Origin: Bipalium vagum
Lineage: Eukaryota
Direction of reading: 5' to 3'
Assembly: GCA_037834085.1 (NCBI GenBank)
Contig: JBBMKC010107860.1
Coordinates: forward strand, 1 to 38,055
DNA length: 38,055 bases
Below, one piece after another: positions 1 through 12,326 of this stretch. The translations under genes were made by a program, and so were the position numbers. The notes under the pieces were generated by a model. The model made no database searches. It saw only the letters and a list, made by a program, of their open reading frames with translations, and had not been told where the DNA came from. The number at the start of each line of letters is the position of its first letter. Positions within the stretch are counted from its first letter, which is position 1.

Positions 1-599
1 TATATATATTGTTAATAATTAATAGATGTAATACTTTTTAAAGTAATTTTCATTACCATTCTAAAAATATTCCGAATTGTGAATTAAAGAAAATCTGACA
101 ATAACCAAAATATATGGTTTACTTATTTTTGTATTTTTTTAATGAAAAAATATTTTTTATAAATCTTTAACAAAATCAAATTACGTTTCGGAAAATTTTG
201 TAATGATAAAGAACATTTTACAAAAGTACTTCATTCTTCATTTTCTGAGAGGAAGGTTTGAGAAATATAATGGACCTTTAAAAGTTTTTGGAAATTATTT
301 GTTAAGAAATATAACATTATTTACAATCTTATAATGAATGGATGAGTTGAAAATGACCATTTAATGAAAGATATTTCCATGTATTAAAAAAATTGTATTA
401 ATATTCATTGACATTTGTTATATTTCTTAATATTTGTTACACACTTCAATCCGAAGTTTAAAATTTGATATTTTAAATAATTTAACTCAAGAGTTATTTG
501 TTTTTGTTTTACTGCCTAAATATGTAATTATTTTTCATAGCGCATATTTAAATATCTGACCATATTATAAATTGAATTTCTCAGAGAAACTTTACAACC

Positions 600-1125
600 A
601 ATGATTTTTCAAAAATTTGTGTCATTTTTGAATACGAGTTCCGTCGTGAAACTAATCTAAGACAAACAGTTAGAAATATGAGTGATATGTTTGAGAGTGC
701 ATTCGTCAATGAAAAAATCGTGCAGTGATGGATTCAAAAGTTTTGTGCAGGTGATTTCTGTCTTCAAAATTTGCAGATGGTCGACCTGAAACGAAAGTGA
801 TTCAAGCTGACCTGAAGGCTGTAGTGGTAAAGGATCCATCTCAAAGTACTTCCTACAATAATTGAACATTTGAAATAAATTAACAAGGTTAAAAAGCATG
901 ACCAATGGATACCTAAAAAATTATGCTAATATAAAAAAACTAATCGTCTTAAAGCTTATCTTTTTTTACTGTTACGAGAGAAAGACGAACTATTTCTTCA
1001 ACGTATGGTGACGTGTGACGAAAAATGTATTAGATTCGATTATCGCAGGAGATCATCTCAATGCTTGGATAAAGCTGAAGAGCCAGAACCAGTCCAAATC
1101 ATGGTATCCATCTGGTGGTATCTGA
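600..1125 (+). mobile_element. Degraded mariner transposase fragment (Hsmar1/cecropia-like), N-terminal half
   Basis: Broken + frames give EFRRETNLRQTVRNMSDMFE, QWIPKKL (WVPHEL motif), MVTCDEKCIRFDYRRRSSQCLDKAEEP and IMVSIWW. Confidence 0.85.
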
Positions 1126-2483
1126 CATTTCATACTTAATTCCCTTATATATACTTAGTCAATTTGTGTATTTTAATTTCAGGTAAATCAATATCATTTA
1201 TAACACGTTTTTAATTTTTCTGTATCTTCAAAAGAAAAAAGCACCTGAGAGTTATTTTGGAAAATGATTCGTGTTTTGTACTGATTCACTGAGGATTGAT
1301 GGATATTAAAATATTAAATTATAAAAAGTAAATAAAATAAAAGTTAAATAATAAATAAGAACCCTTATTATATATATATATATAATATAGTAAAAATAAA
1401 ATATGAAAATATGATCTATAAATTAAATATAATTAATTAATATAAAAATATTTAATAATAAAATATAAATAAATAAATATAACATAAATTTCTGATAATA
1501 TAACAATGTTTTAAAAGCAAGATTAACAAAAAAATTATTCAAAAATATTAAAAATAATTATGAGGATATTAATTAATTAAAGGGATAATAAAAATTATAT
1601 GTTAAAATTAGAAAATAATTCTTAACATCTGCTTCCATAATCCATAAATCTAGTGTTCGGCTTGCCTTTATTTGTTCCCCTAAAGTGGTTTTATAACATT
1701 ATTATTATTGATAGGAATGTGTGTCGTTGCTCGTGTCTCTATTATTTTTGCCTTTGTTATGAATATTTGATAATAAAATATTTCATCCAATTGTTCTTTG
1801 AAAAAATAAAAGATGATGAGCATCATTGTTATGTATAAAAATTCTATTTATTCAATATTATAATTGGTTTGGATTATCATATCAATTTTACTAGGACTTG
1901 TTTGTCAATTGAAACGTTAATTATTTATATTATTTTATTCTTGATTAAATATTTTCATAATATAAAATATTAGAAAATAAATTACAAAATTTTACAGTTT
2001 GACAGCCAAAAAGAAAATCGAACTATGCTCAATTAAACAATTTTCTTCCGTCAAATATCTTTTTATTTCCAATAATTTTTTATAGAAAAAAATTTCCACT
2101 CTTAAATTAATAGAATAATTATGATAAAATCTTTTAATTTTCTAGTGAAAAGACTGAATTTCAAGATTTGATAATTATAAAGGGAAAAAATCTATTGAAA
2201 TTAATTATAAAATTGAAGGAAATTTGTAAGGTACTTCTGAACAACAATTTCCAATTAATAATTAATTTCAAGTTAAGAATTGTAGAAAATGTTAATAATT
2301 AAAATAATAAATTATATTAAAATGAAAATATTAATATTTTAAATAAATCCATATTATTAAATATTAAATGAAAAGAATTAAATATTATTAAATAATTAAA
2401 ATTCAAATTATTATGTACAACTGGAACTGTGCACTTTTTTAAAAAAGAAATTTAAAGTGACGATATTGTGATAATATATTAAA

Positions 2484-2770
2484 CTATTTATTCAAAATAA
2501 TTCTCCGGCTAATAACTTTTGACCATCGTTTTGGTAACAGGCGAATTTCCTTGTAAAAAATTCCCTTCTCATAGAAATCATGTTTTCTGGATTCGAAAAA
2601 CTGAAGATAGATATTTTGAAAGTCATTTTGGTTCTGAAACAGCTTATTTATCTGAAATGTAACCATGTGTTTGAATATATAATAATCTGATGGCAAGGGG
2701 TTTGATGACTAATACGTATGAGATAAAACTTCATAGCTAAAAGATGTAACTTTTGTTGTGGTAATCTCGA
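2484..2770 (-). mobile_element. Mariner transposase C-terminal relic
   Basis: PSDYYIFKHM...FFESRKHDFYEKGI...LPKRWSKVI. Confidence 0.85.
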
Positions 2771-3484
2771 AATATTTAAAATTATTGGCAAAATTGATGA
2801 GTCAGTTCGATATATTAAAACAATTATTATCATAATAATTGATTAATTAAATCTTAAAAATAATAAAACTAAATTCCGTCACTTCATTTGGGATAACTTT
2901 ATATTATCGATTTATTTAAACTTTATTAATAATTTACTTCAAAATTCAGTTATGAATAAAATACACTTTTTATCTGAGTTAGAACATTGTCATGAACAAA
3001 AAATAATGGAAAATCATATTTAGAATAGGTCAGCAAAATGTCCATTCAACCATGTCCAGAATTATATCTATTCATGCTTAACATAAATATTAGTAAAAAA
3101 CACTAAAACTTTTTCGGTCTTGTAATAGACCTCAGTAATAAATTTGCAAATTGATTTTTCAAATTTTTCTCATTTTTTAATATTTTTTTTATTTGTTGAT
3201 TTTAAATAAAATTTATGTATTTTCCATATTTCATCACAGAATTCTGAACTTAGCGTGAAAAATAATAAATAATATAATAATAATCTAAATATAACTTGAA
3301 AATATATGTATTTTGATTTTAATATAATATAATTTAATATATTATTTTTAAATTATCTAATTTAATTTTTATTCATTTTTAATTTAAATGATTAAATTTT
3401 AAATCATCATTAAATAATTTATTTAAGAATTAAAAAATTGAAAGTTTATTTTTCAAATTAATTTACATATAAAAACCATTATAA

Positions 3485-3780
3485 CATAAGCATTGGCGGC
3501 ACTAAATATATTAAGTTAATTCAAACGAAATGGTGGATGAGTTTTATTTTATTAAACAAAGAGTATAAGTTGTATATCGTTGTACTTCACTTTACCAGTG
3601 ATCAGTGAGTCGCTGAACGTCTCGATATAGGTCATTTTCGATGCCTTCCGAATCAAACCAATCCGCAAGTTGCCAATCTCAAAGACATCATTTAAGTGGA
3701 AGAAAGTAATTGTAATCACAAGGGGAAATATCTGGATAATATGATGGCTGACATAATTCCGTAATTTTTTATCTATGAAA
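3485..3780 (-). mobile_element. Mariner transposase C-terminal relic
   Basis: Minus strand QPSYYPDISPCDYNYFLPLK (YSPDLAPxD motif) and QRLTDHW. Confidence 0.7.
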
Positions 3781-4923
3781 AAGTAACGAAAGATGTTTCA
3801 TTTGTGCATTGCCATGAAGCTTTGAATGATTTTTAAAACCATTTTTCAGATTTCCCGTTTCAATATTATTTTGTAGAGTTCAGCGTTAATGGTCTTGTTC
3901 TCTTCATAAAGACTATAGAAAGCGACAATTTTGTAATCCATTGCTACATTCGTTTAACACAGGTTTTGATTCTCTAGGAATAAAGGGTCCAAGTTCATTA
4001 GTTGAAAACCAGGAACGAAGTTGATCTTTTGATAAAAAAACAACATTTATTTTAATTAACACTTTGCTGACCTTCTTTTTGTTTATGTTTCTAATTTACA
4101 GATTTTTCTACTATTTTCTTTTTCATCGCCAGATATTTGTTGTGGCCGCATTTCTTTGTATTTTTCTTGCCTTTCATCGGCTGGGCAGGTAGTGCTTAAT
4201 ATAAAACAAGAATATATTTACCTTTTTCGCCCGTCTTCGTCTGTGCTGTTCTTTCTTCACATCTCAATACCCAAGAAAAATATAAACACAAGCACAATAA
4301 ACAAACTTAACTGAGTCTAGATGATATATTCCATTACTAATCCCACACATCACCCATTCGTTTATTCAGGAAGAAAAACCCCATGCCTTACGTCAAAAAT
4401 ATATCACAGAACAGTGAATTCTTTCTCGGAGTTCACAAAGGGTGTTGGAAAATGTTATTCACCATAAGAATACACATATATATAACCATTTACCATAAAA
4501 AACCCATCTTCAATGTCTTTAACAAAATTAAAAATCTTAAAACACAATATTTCCTAATCGCTATCAGTCTTTTTGCCTTCATACTATTGTGTTGTAATAT
4601 TTCAGGCTACTTGGGCGATTTTCTCGGTAAGTTGCAGGTAATTTATATTTTAAGATTTTGTAAATTTTAAAATATTTTTTCATAGTTTTAAGTATTATAT
4701 TTAGGAAAGAATTTTTATTTATCTTAATATAAGTTTTTAACGTCTTTATTATACAATATTAAAATACTTTTTAAAGTTAAGTCAATGAATTTTAAGATTA
4801 TAATGAGTATTTAAGTCATTTTTTTATTTATAGTTAATATAGTAATAATGGTATTACTATTTATTATAATATATACAAAATATTACGGACCGTAAATAAA
4901 GAAGGCTTAAGAAGAATGTTTAT

Positions 4924-5470
4924 TATCAGGGTGAGTAAAAAGAAATTTCAGTTTTGAAATATGAAAAAAAGTGAAACAAAGCAACAATATCTTGATTTAA
5001 TGATGTTTCGCCATCTTACAGTGAAAGCACGAATCCCTTTGTTGAAAAATTCAGGTTCCTCTGACTTGTAAGTAAGTCTTAATCAAAATATCAATGTGCT
5101 CTGGTTTTAAAAATTTTTTTCCGGCCAAATAGGGATACATGGACCTGAACAAATGGTAGTGCGTTGGTGCCAGATCAGGGCTGTATGGCAGATGAGGAAA
5201 ACCTCACAACATAATTTTCTAATTTCAGCTGCGTCAAGTTTACTGCATGCAGTCGAACATTACCATGTAACAATTTAGTCTTTACGGTATTTACTCCTTG
5301 TTGACATACTCTCACCTCCATCTCTAAATCTCATAAACCAATTTTGACATTGACGTTCCGATATAACTTTGTTACCAAAAGCTTTGCACAGTTTTCTACA
5401 CGAATCTACGGTAGTTTCACCAAATTTGAATTAAAATACGAGAGCGTCACGAAAAAAATTGTGATTAATC
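4924..5470 (-). mobile_element. Internally deleted mariner relic
   Basis: N-terminal HTH FKFGETTVDSCRKLCKAFGNKVISERQCQNWFMRFRDG (~5300-5440) abuts C-terminal PHLPYSPDLAPTHYHLFRSM and FFNKGIR. TIR-like TATCAGGGTGAG near 4924. Confidence 0.88.
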
Positions 5471-7449
5471 ATAATAAATTCAAATCTTTCTGCAATATTT
5501 AAATATTATTAAAACAAATTGTATTAAATATATATCTTACTTAAATAACGAAATACAATTCTCAGTTATTAATTGATTTACAACTATAAATATTCATAAA
5601 ATGGTTATAAATAACTGAGAAAATAAATTTACTATTTTTTGAGAGTTAAAATCTTTAATGTTACAATTTATTGTAGCCCAGCAATGTCACAATTGCTTTT
5701 TTGCATTCTAAGGTCTTAGTAACCACTTGTGAAATCTCTGAAGTAGCAGCATCTTAGTTGTCTATGGAGACTTGATGAATATGTTTCTAGAAACAATTGT
5801 AATATTAAACCATAAAGTAATATAAATGGTTGGATTCAGGTTAATATTTTTGGTAATAGTAGCATTTCTTATATAAATAGATTTTCGTAACCAATTTTTA
5901 AGATTTTTTATAAAATTTTTTGGAAAACAAAGCTTAGAAAATCGTTTATATTTAAATTATTCATGAAAGATATCATTTAAAATACCTAATAGTATAACTA
6001 ATAAATAATATCTAATTCAATTTAATTTATAACAATTTTTTAAAATTATTTAATTTTTAATATATAAAATAAAAATATATCAATTTATTTACTATTATAT
6101 ATATTCATAATATTATATTATTATTATTATATATAAACATTTATTTAAATATTAATTAATTTTTTGTATTTAATTTATTCAGTATTTATAAATAATTATT
6201 ACAAACTCAAAGTTAATTTATTAATTTATTATATTTATATTAATTTATTATTAACAAATTATTTTATTTAATATATTTATGTAAATATTAATTATTTAAT
6301 TAATTTATTTTATGAAAATTTTTTTTAATTTTCCCTTTTTAATATAATTTACTTTGTCATTTTTTTGGTTTCTTCAATCTTTCAGCTAAAATTATTCTCC
6401 AAAGGAACTTCAATGACAAATTTTTAAAATCATTTTTCATGATCAATTTATCAAAAATTATCATCTTTTAAATGTGAAATATTGCCACTTTAATTTCCTG
6501 CGGGATTCTTTAAAAAATAAATAAATAAAAAGTAAAAATGAATTATTACATGCAATAAATTATAAAATCTTGATTAATTATTTCGATTTCCAGTGAGAGG
6601 AGAATAGAACAGTAAATAAATGTTTATTGATATTTTTATTATTTTTTTTATTTATTAACTATTTTATTTTCACTATATTATAAATACGTAAATAATTTTT
6701 GAATCACATATTTGAAGCCATTATTATATATAAAAAGATTGTATGGGATCTATAATGATATATTTGGACAAAATCTTATCTACAGAGAATTCCAAAGACG
6801 ATTGGGATTCACAGAGACGTTTGTAACGATTTGTGGGATATTTTAATTATAGAGAAAGACAGAGTGAATAAACAAACAAATAATGTATTAGTAAAAGTTG
6901 AGATATGGAGATTCGATAAAAGAGTGACATTGAGTCTGTCTAAATATAAAGATCAATAAAATTGTAATAAGATTTTGAGAGTAATGATTTACCATGTTTC
7001 AGAACACAAAGATTAATTATTTTAATGTAAAAGTATCGAATTTTTAATAAAAAAATAATAAATGAAAAGTCATATGATTAATGGAAAATTAAAAATAATG
7101 GAAATGATTGGTTATTTATTTATTTTTTAAAGACACAATCAAAAGATAATTATAATGATTGCCAATCTCCGGGTATTGTCTAATTATTATAAGTTGTTTC
7201 ATTATTTATTATATATAAAATATAAAAAATTTAATATATGTTATCACTGAAAAAGACTTTCAAAATTTTTAATTTAAAATGTCATAAAATATTCATGACA
7301 AAAATATTTTATTATAAATAAAGAAATTTTTCATGAAAAATAATAATTTATTTACAACTTCCTATGAAAGAATTTTCAATTTTACAAAATTCATTTTACA
7401 CATTTAATATAAAAATGGCAATGTTTCGAAAAAAAATGAAAATTTTGAA

Positions 7450-7870
7450 TAATATTTTTTTGACTAACCAATCATGTCATTTTTTATCGACAAAAGAATC
7501 ATAAAGATTGTGCTTCTGGTCATGATTTGTGGTTTTTGGTGAGGTTGATCATTCAAAGAATGCATATATATTTTTTGGGTTGGTACAGGAAAAAAATCTG
7601 CCATATTATTTGTTTGTAAGATAGGTTGGTCAATTAAAATGAGTGATGAATGAAAATCTTACTGTCAATTGTTTAAAGAAGAAAAATTAAATCATCATAT
7701 GCATTTTTTAAACAAGGAGACCGATGATCTAACACAGAAAATAGTGTATTTGGTGAAAACTCAAGGTTAAGATAGTGGCAATAAATGGCACATATGGTAA
7801 CCTTCAGGAGTCATACCTTTATGAATAGATGTGAACAATAATATTCATTGGAAGAATGCACTAGGAATTT
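7450..7870 (+). mobile_element. Merlin / IS1595 (ISXO2-like) DDE transposase pseudogene fragment
   Basis: Ordered motifs RQKNHKD, W-FGEVD, SIKMSDE*KSYCQL, LNHHMHFLNKETDDLTQKI, W*KLK and ESYLYE*M*. These parallel the family pattern KRKYHRG / WVFG / SDxWxAY / VNHS..FVDP.TG.HTQ.IE..W / YLDEF.W. Confidence 0.78.
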
Positions 7871-7983
7871 TTGAAATAACAATAATTTAAAAATTATTTG
7901 TTTTTTTATTACTTTTTAAAATAATTTGTTTTTCATAAAATTTAGATTAGTAAAAAATATTTTTAATGTCTTAGTTATTGTGA

Positions 7984-8280
7984 GTATTTAAACTGATTTC
8001 TAATTTTTTCGATTGTGCCTTATTTAAATTATAATTAATTTTAAATTTGATTTTAATATTTATTTAATTTTAATATTTATTTAATTTTAATATTTATTTA
8101 ATTTTAATATTCATTTAATTTAATTTTAATATTTATTTAATTTAATTTTAATATTTATTTAAAATTAATTTTTATTGAAATGAAGTTTGTTGGGACAATA
8201 TATAAGTGTCATTGTTTTAGAAAGACATTCAGAACATATTGTTCAAACTATGACTGATTTTGTTGATATCGCAGCTAACA
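7984..8280. repeat. Unclassified dispersed repeat, copy A (inverted relative to copy B at 12219-12296 plus 13742-13864)
   Basis: 7984-8008 is identical to the reverse complement of 13840-13864 (25 bp). About 8200-8280 aligns with the reverse complement of 12219-12296 (shared AAACTATGACTGATTTT...ATCGCAGC). Confidence 0.8.
8051..8162. repeat. Minisatellite: 6 copies of 17-bp TTTTAATATTTATTTAA
   Basis: Units start at 8051, 8068, 8085, 8102 (one mismatch), 8124 and 8146. There are two TTTAA spacers. Confidence 0.9.
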
Positions 8281-9599
8281 GTTATGTTTTCATTTTGAGC
8301 AACAAATTGTATCAAGTTTCTTTAGAAACCTTGTTGGTTAAAAAAGATCCGCGATTTTAACTCCCTTCTCAAAACTGATATGAAATTTTTTTGAGGATGT
8401 TATAAAAATTTTAAAATTTTAGTAATAATATAATTTTTCTAGAGTTTGGAGTTAGGTATAATTTTTTATAAAATTTAGTAAATTTAATTGTGAATAAATA
8501 TAATATTATATAATTAAATATAATAATTATTAGAAAAATACAAATTTGTCTGCATAATCTATTTTAATATTGGAATAATAAAATGACTACAATTTTTTTT
8601 CCTGATATTTATTTATCCCGTTGATTGTTAAAAAATAATTTTTAATTAAAAATCAATAAAAAATTATTTTTGTACCTTTTTATTTTAATCGTTAATATTA
8701 ACTTATTAATTTTTAATAAATTAATTTATTGATAAATTTTAAAACTAACTAAAGATTTTAAATTGTAACTTATGTAATTTTGGCTCAGCCAAATATAAAA
8801 TATTTATTTGATCATTTTAATCACAAATTCAATTAATTATGAAATTATTATTAATGCCAATCTCAGATTTTCAATATTTACTTATTAAATATTAAAATAT
8901 TTATTAATTTTATTTAAAAATAAAATTTATAATATTTTAATAATATATATTTTTAAAAAATATTTAATTAATTCTTTTCATTTAAAATGGTTTTATATAA
9001 TGAAAATTAAAAAATTATAATAAATCTAAAATATTATTTAAATTAAATAAATATTTTTGTTACGAATACTACGAAAATATTGATTAAAAATTTTCAAAAG
9101 AGAAGTGATAATTTGGAATGTAAATATATATTTCACGAGATTTGATTAATTAGAAATAAAAACTTCCGAAAAATTATTGATTTAAGATTAATTATATTCA
9201 GCCAGATTTTTCATTGATATAACTTTCGACCTTAAGCAGAAAGTACAGGATTTTATTGTCGATGTTAGTGATAATAACCTGATCAGATAATTGGAACATC
9301 ATCATATAATAGAATTTTAAGTACGAAATTAGGTGTCATGAAGTTCTATCTTGTTATGAAAGAGAGGGTAAAATGGAAAATGGTGCAATTTTTCCTTTTT
9401 GGTTTTTGTGTAGAAATAAAAGAGGACAATAAAATTATTTGTTTCTTTCAGGATATTTGTGCTTAAACCTCACATAACGTGACCGGAATGGTTTAATTAT
9501 TTAGATTTGGTTGTGGACAAAAAAACATATGAAAATAAGATAAGATTGGTGTGACAGATATGAAATAATACCTGAGAGTGACTAGGGAGTCTTGAATCC

Positions 9600-9860
9600 A
9601 TGTAAGCATTCATAGACCAGGAAGATAAAGTTTTTGATGGAAGCACAAGAAACTTTTTCACAATGATCTTGACCGTTATGAAATTTTGTGAAGGATTTCG
9701 AAATCAGTTTGATACTTACTCAAACGTTACGTGAAGTATTATTTGAAAAAACAATGCTAAATATTATGACGAAGGCCAAGTGAACCGACATAACAGCTCT
9801 TATTATTGCGAAGAGAATCCTCAGAGAAACAATTGATTCATTTATTGGTATGTCCATGAA
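9600..9860 (+). mobile_element. Tc1/mariner-superfamily relic, possibly rosa (DD41D)-like
   Basis: VNRHNSSYYCEENPQ resembles VNRHNCRYWSxENP. A DLDR.MKFCE-like segment lies upstream. Confidence 0.55.
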
Positions 9861-10659
9861 ACTTTTATTTTTATTATTATTTATATTATTAATTATTATA
9901 TTTATATTTATTATTAAATATATATTATTATTAATTACTTATATTAGATTAAGGGAAAAGAATTATCGCTTTTCTATATACTAACCTCAAAGCAAATATA
10001 TATTAAGATTTAGACTAATAATTTATATAATTATTGAAGTATAATATTAGGATAGGTAGGCCACTATTGAATTAACATCTTATTTTATTATTTTAGATTT
10101 ACTTAAAAAATATAAATAAAATAAGAAACAATGACAACGGTGCAAATTTTAACATATATTAAATTTAAATTTACCGCACCAATCTCAATCTTCAGACATA
10201 TCTCTCACAGACATCATCTATTCTAATCACTTGACAATTTTCTACGAAATATGAAGTTGAAAGTCAAAATGATGCTCAACACACATTTGCATTTTTATCA
10301 ATCCAGGTATTAATAAATCTAATTTGATAACTTTTTCGAAACTGCATTGGTAAGCCATTAGAACGTTGATGCCAACGGTGATTATTTTAATTAATAAAAA
10401 TTTTTTTATGGTGACATTGACTTTTGATAAAATAGAATACCTTTTCCTCAACAAAATGTTAATAATAAAATTATTAAGCGTACTGGTAAATAATGCGGAT
10501 TTATTTTGACAGCCGAAATACAAAAATTTCAGAAGATTAATAGAAATATTTTATTTTAAAAATATCCATTATTAACTACACATTTCTTCCTTCTTTCACG
10601 TGACTTGTGGATACCGACCCAAAACACTTCTTATTTCTAGGCAAACCATTCAGAGAACC

Positions 10660-11105
10660 ATATTTACCTTGCAATCTGTTTTGAATCTTGTCCGGGATCA
10701 GTATATGATTTATGTTGTTTGGGATTCTCATAATAATTTCACTTCTTCTCTCCTGTCATAATTTTTTAAAAAAAAATTTTTGATCGTGTCGTTCTAGAAA
10801 AACTTGACAAACTAATTTTCTGTTTTTCAGTTATCTATGATCCAGTTTATATGGTACTCATATCAATTCCTTTAAAACCTCGTCCATTGCGTTTAAGCGA
10901 TCAAATACTGTTTATTAAGCAACAATTAGGTGCCTGGAAAGATTTTTTTTCTTTAGACTTACATCTTCATCCATCTGAGGTCTATTAATCTTCAACTATT
11001 CAAATGCAGAAGTTGGACTTGTACGTTCATTGTCTTTCACACTGAGATCATCATTTTTGAAGCACCTAAAACCCCATTCACAGGTAGCTCGAAATGGTTT
11101 AATAT
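10660..11105 (-). mobile_element. Mos1/mauritiana-like mariner transposase relic, N-terminal half
   Basis: TCEWGFRCFKNDDLSVKDNER...DRLNAMD...LI*VPYKL...KIMTGEKK*NYYENPKQHKSYTDPGQ is collinear with the Mos1 transposase. Confidence 0.9.
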
Positions 11106-11879
11106 GTGTTTGTTTAAATAAATATTTGTTTAAATATTTAAAATATTTATTTAAATATTTAAAAACTTTAAATTAAAAACATTTATTATTATTATAATTA
11201 TTAATTTCAGTGTGAGGTCGTTATTTAAAAATATTGAAACAAACTAATTTTTTCGAACCAATCCTTATAATATAAAAAAAATTTTTATTTTAAGATTGAA
11301 GACAAATAATTAACTATATTAAATCCTTTGAATTATATATATAAATTTTTTATGAGTTTTGGTAAATAAATATTATTTTAAAAATATTATTATTTATCTA
11401 TACTCAATGCTAAATGGTTTTTATTTGTTGAGTGAATTAAGACCTGCGGCTAACTAATAATACTTAATATAATAAATTGGTTTCCAATATAATAGGTTTT
11501 ATTTCATGACAATCAAATAATATGTAAGATAAAAAATGAAAATGTCTCTCAGATGAATAAAGCTTCGTCTTTTTTCTGTTACAGTTGTCAGAAAAATGTC
11601 TTTATTTGATTGAGAGGAAAGAAGGGCATCAGTATGGGAAATTTAAACAATAAAAGAAAATTTATTTAAATTTCAAATTTTGTTTAAAACGATTATATCC
11701 GGGTCGAAAATTGATTAAAAATCGCTGGAATATTATACGCTTTTTACAACTGTCTAGATATGGTGGATTGATCTTTTCTATTCACACAAACAGATCAAAT
11801 TTTTGTTTTCAGTGTAAGTTCTGACATATTTCCTTCTTATTGTCTATCACTATATATTATTATATTATTTTAAATAACT

Positions 11880-12030
11880 GAGATTGACATATGAGAAGTC
11901 TTTTGTTGAAACTAGAATGGTTATTATCCCTTGAATAACAACGCCCTTCCTAACAGGCCATTTTTGGTAATATATATCGAATAACATTATCTTGTCTCAA
12001 ATCACCCCATCCGTTTGAAATCATAGTATC
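11880..12030 (-). mobile_element. Short mariner relic
   Basis: KWPVRKGVVIQ-DN resembles NRKGVVFHQDN. Confidence 0.4.
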
Positions 12031-12326
12031 AAAAATGTAGAAAATGTATTTAATATATTTTAAAAGTAGTATGAATTAAAAATTGAAAAATAAATGAGTA
12101 AAATAAAAGATGGAAAGTGCAATAAACGATGATCTTAAAGTATTAATAAATACTCTATTATTTTTGTAAATACTATTATTATTATTTATAAAATTGTTAT
12201 TATTTTAGTGTTTATTATTGTTTGCTGCGATTTTAAGAAAATCAGTCATAGTTTTGACAATATATTTTTGAATGCTTTTTAAAACAGTAGTACTTAAACA
12301 AATTTTCCATTCTTAATAAATTAATA

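Noticed and set aside
8051-8162. CRISPR-like array
   Set aside because: Units are contiguous with no unique spacers, the context is eukaryotic, and there are no cas genes.
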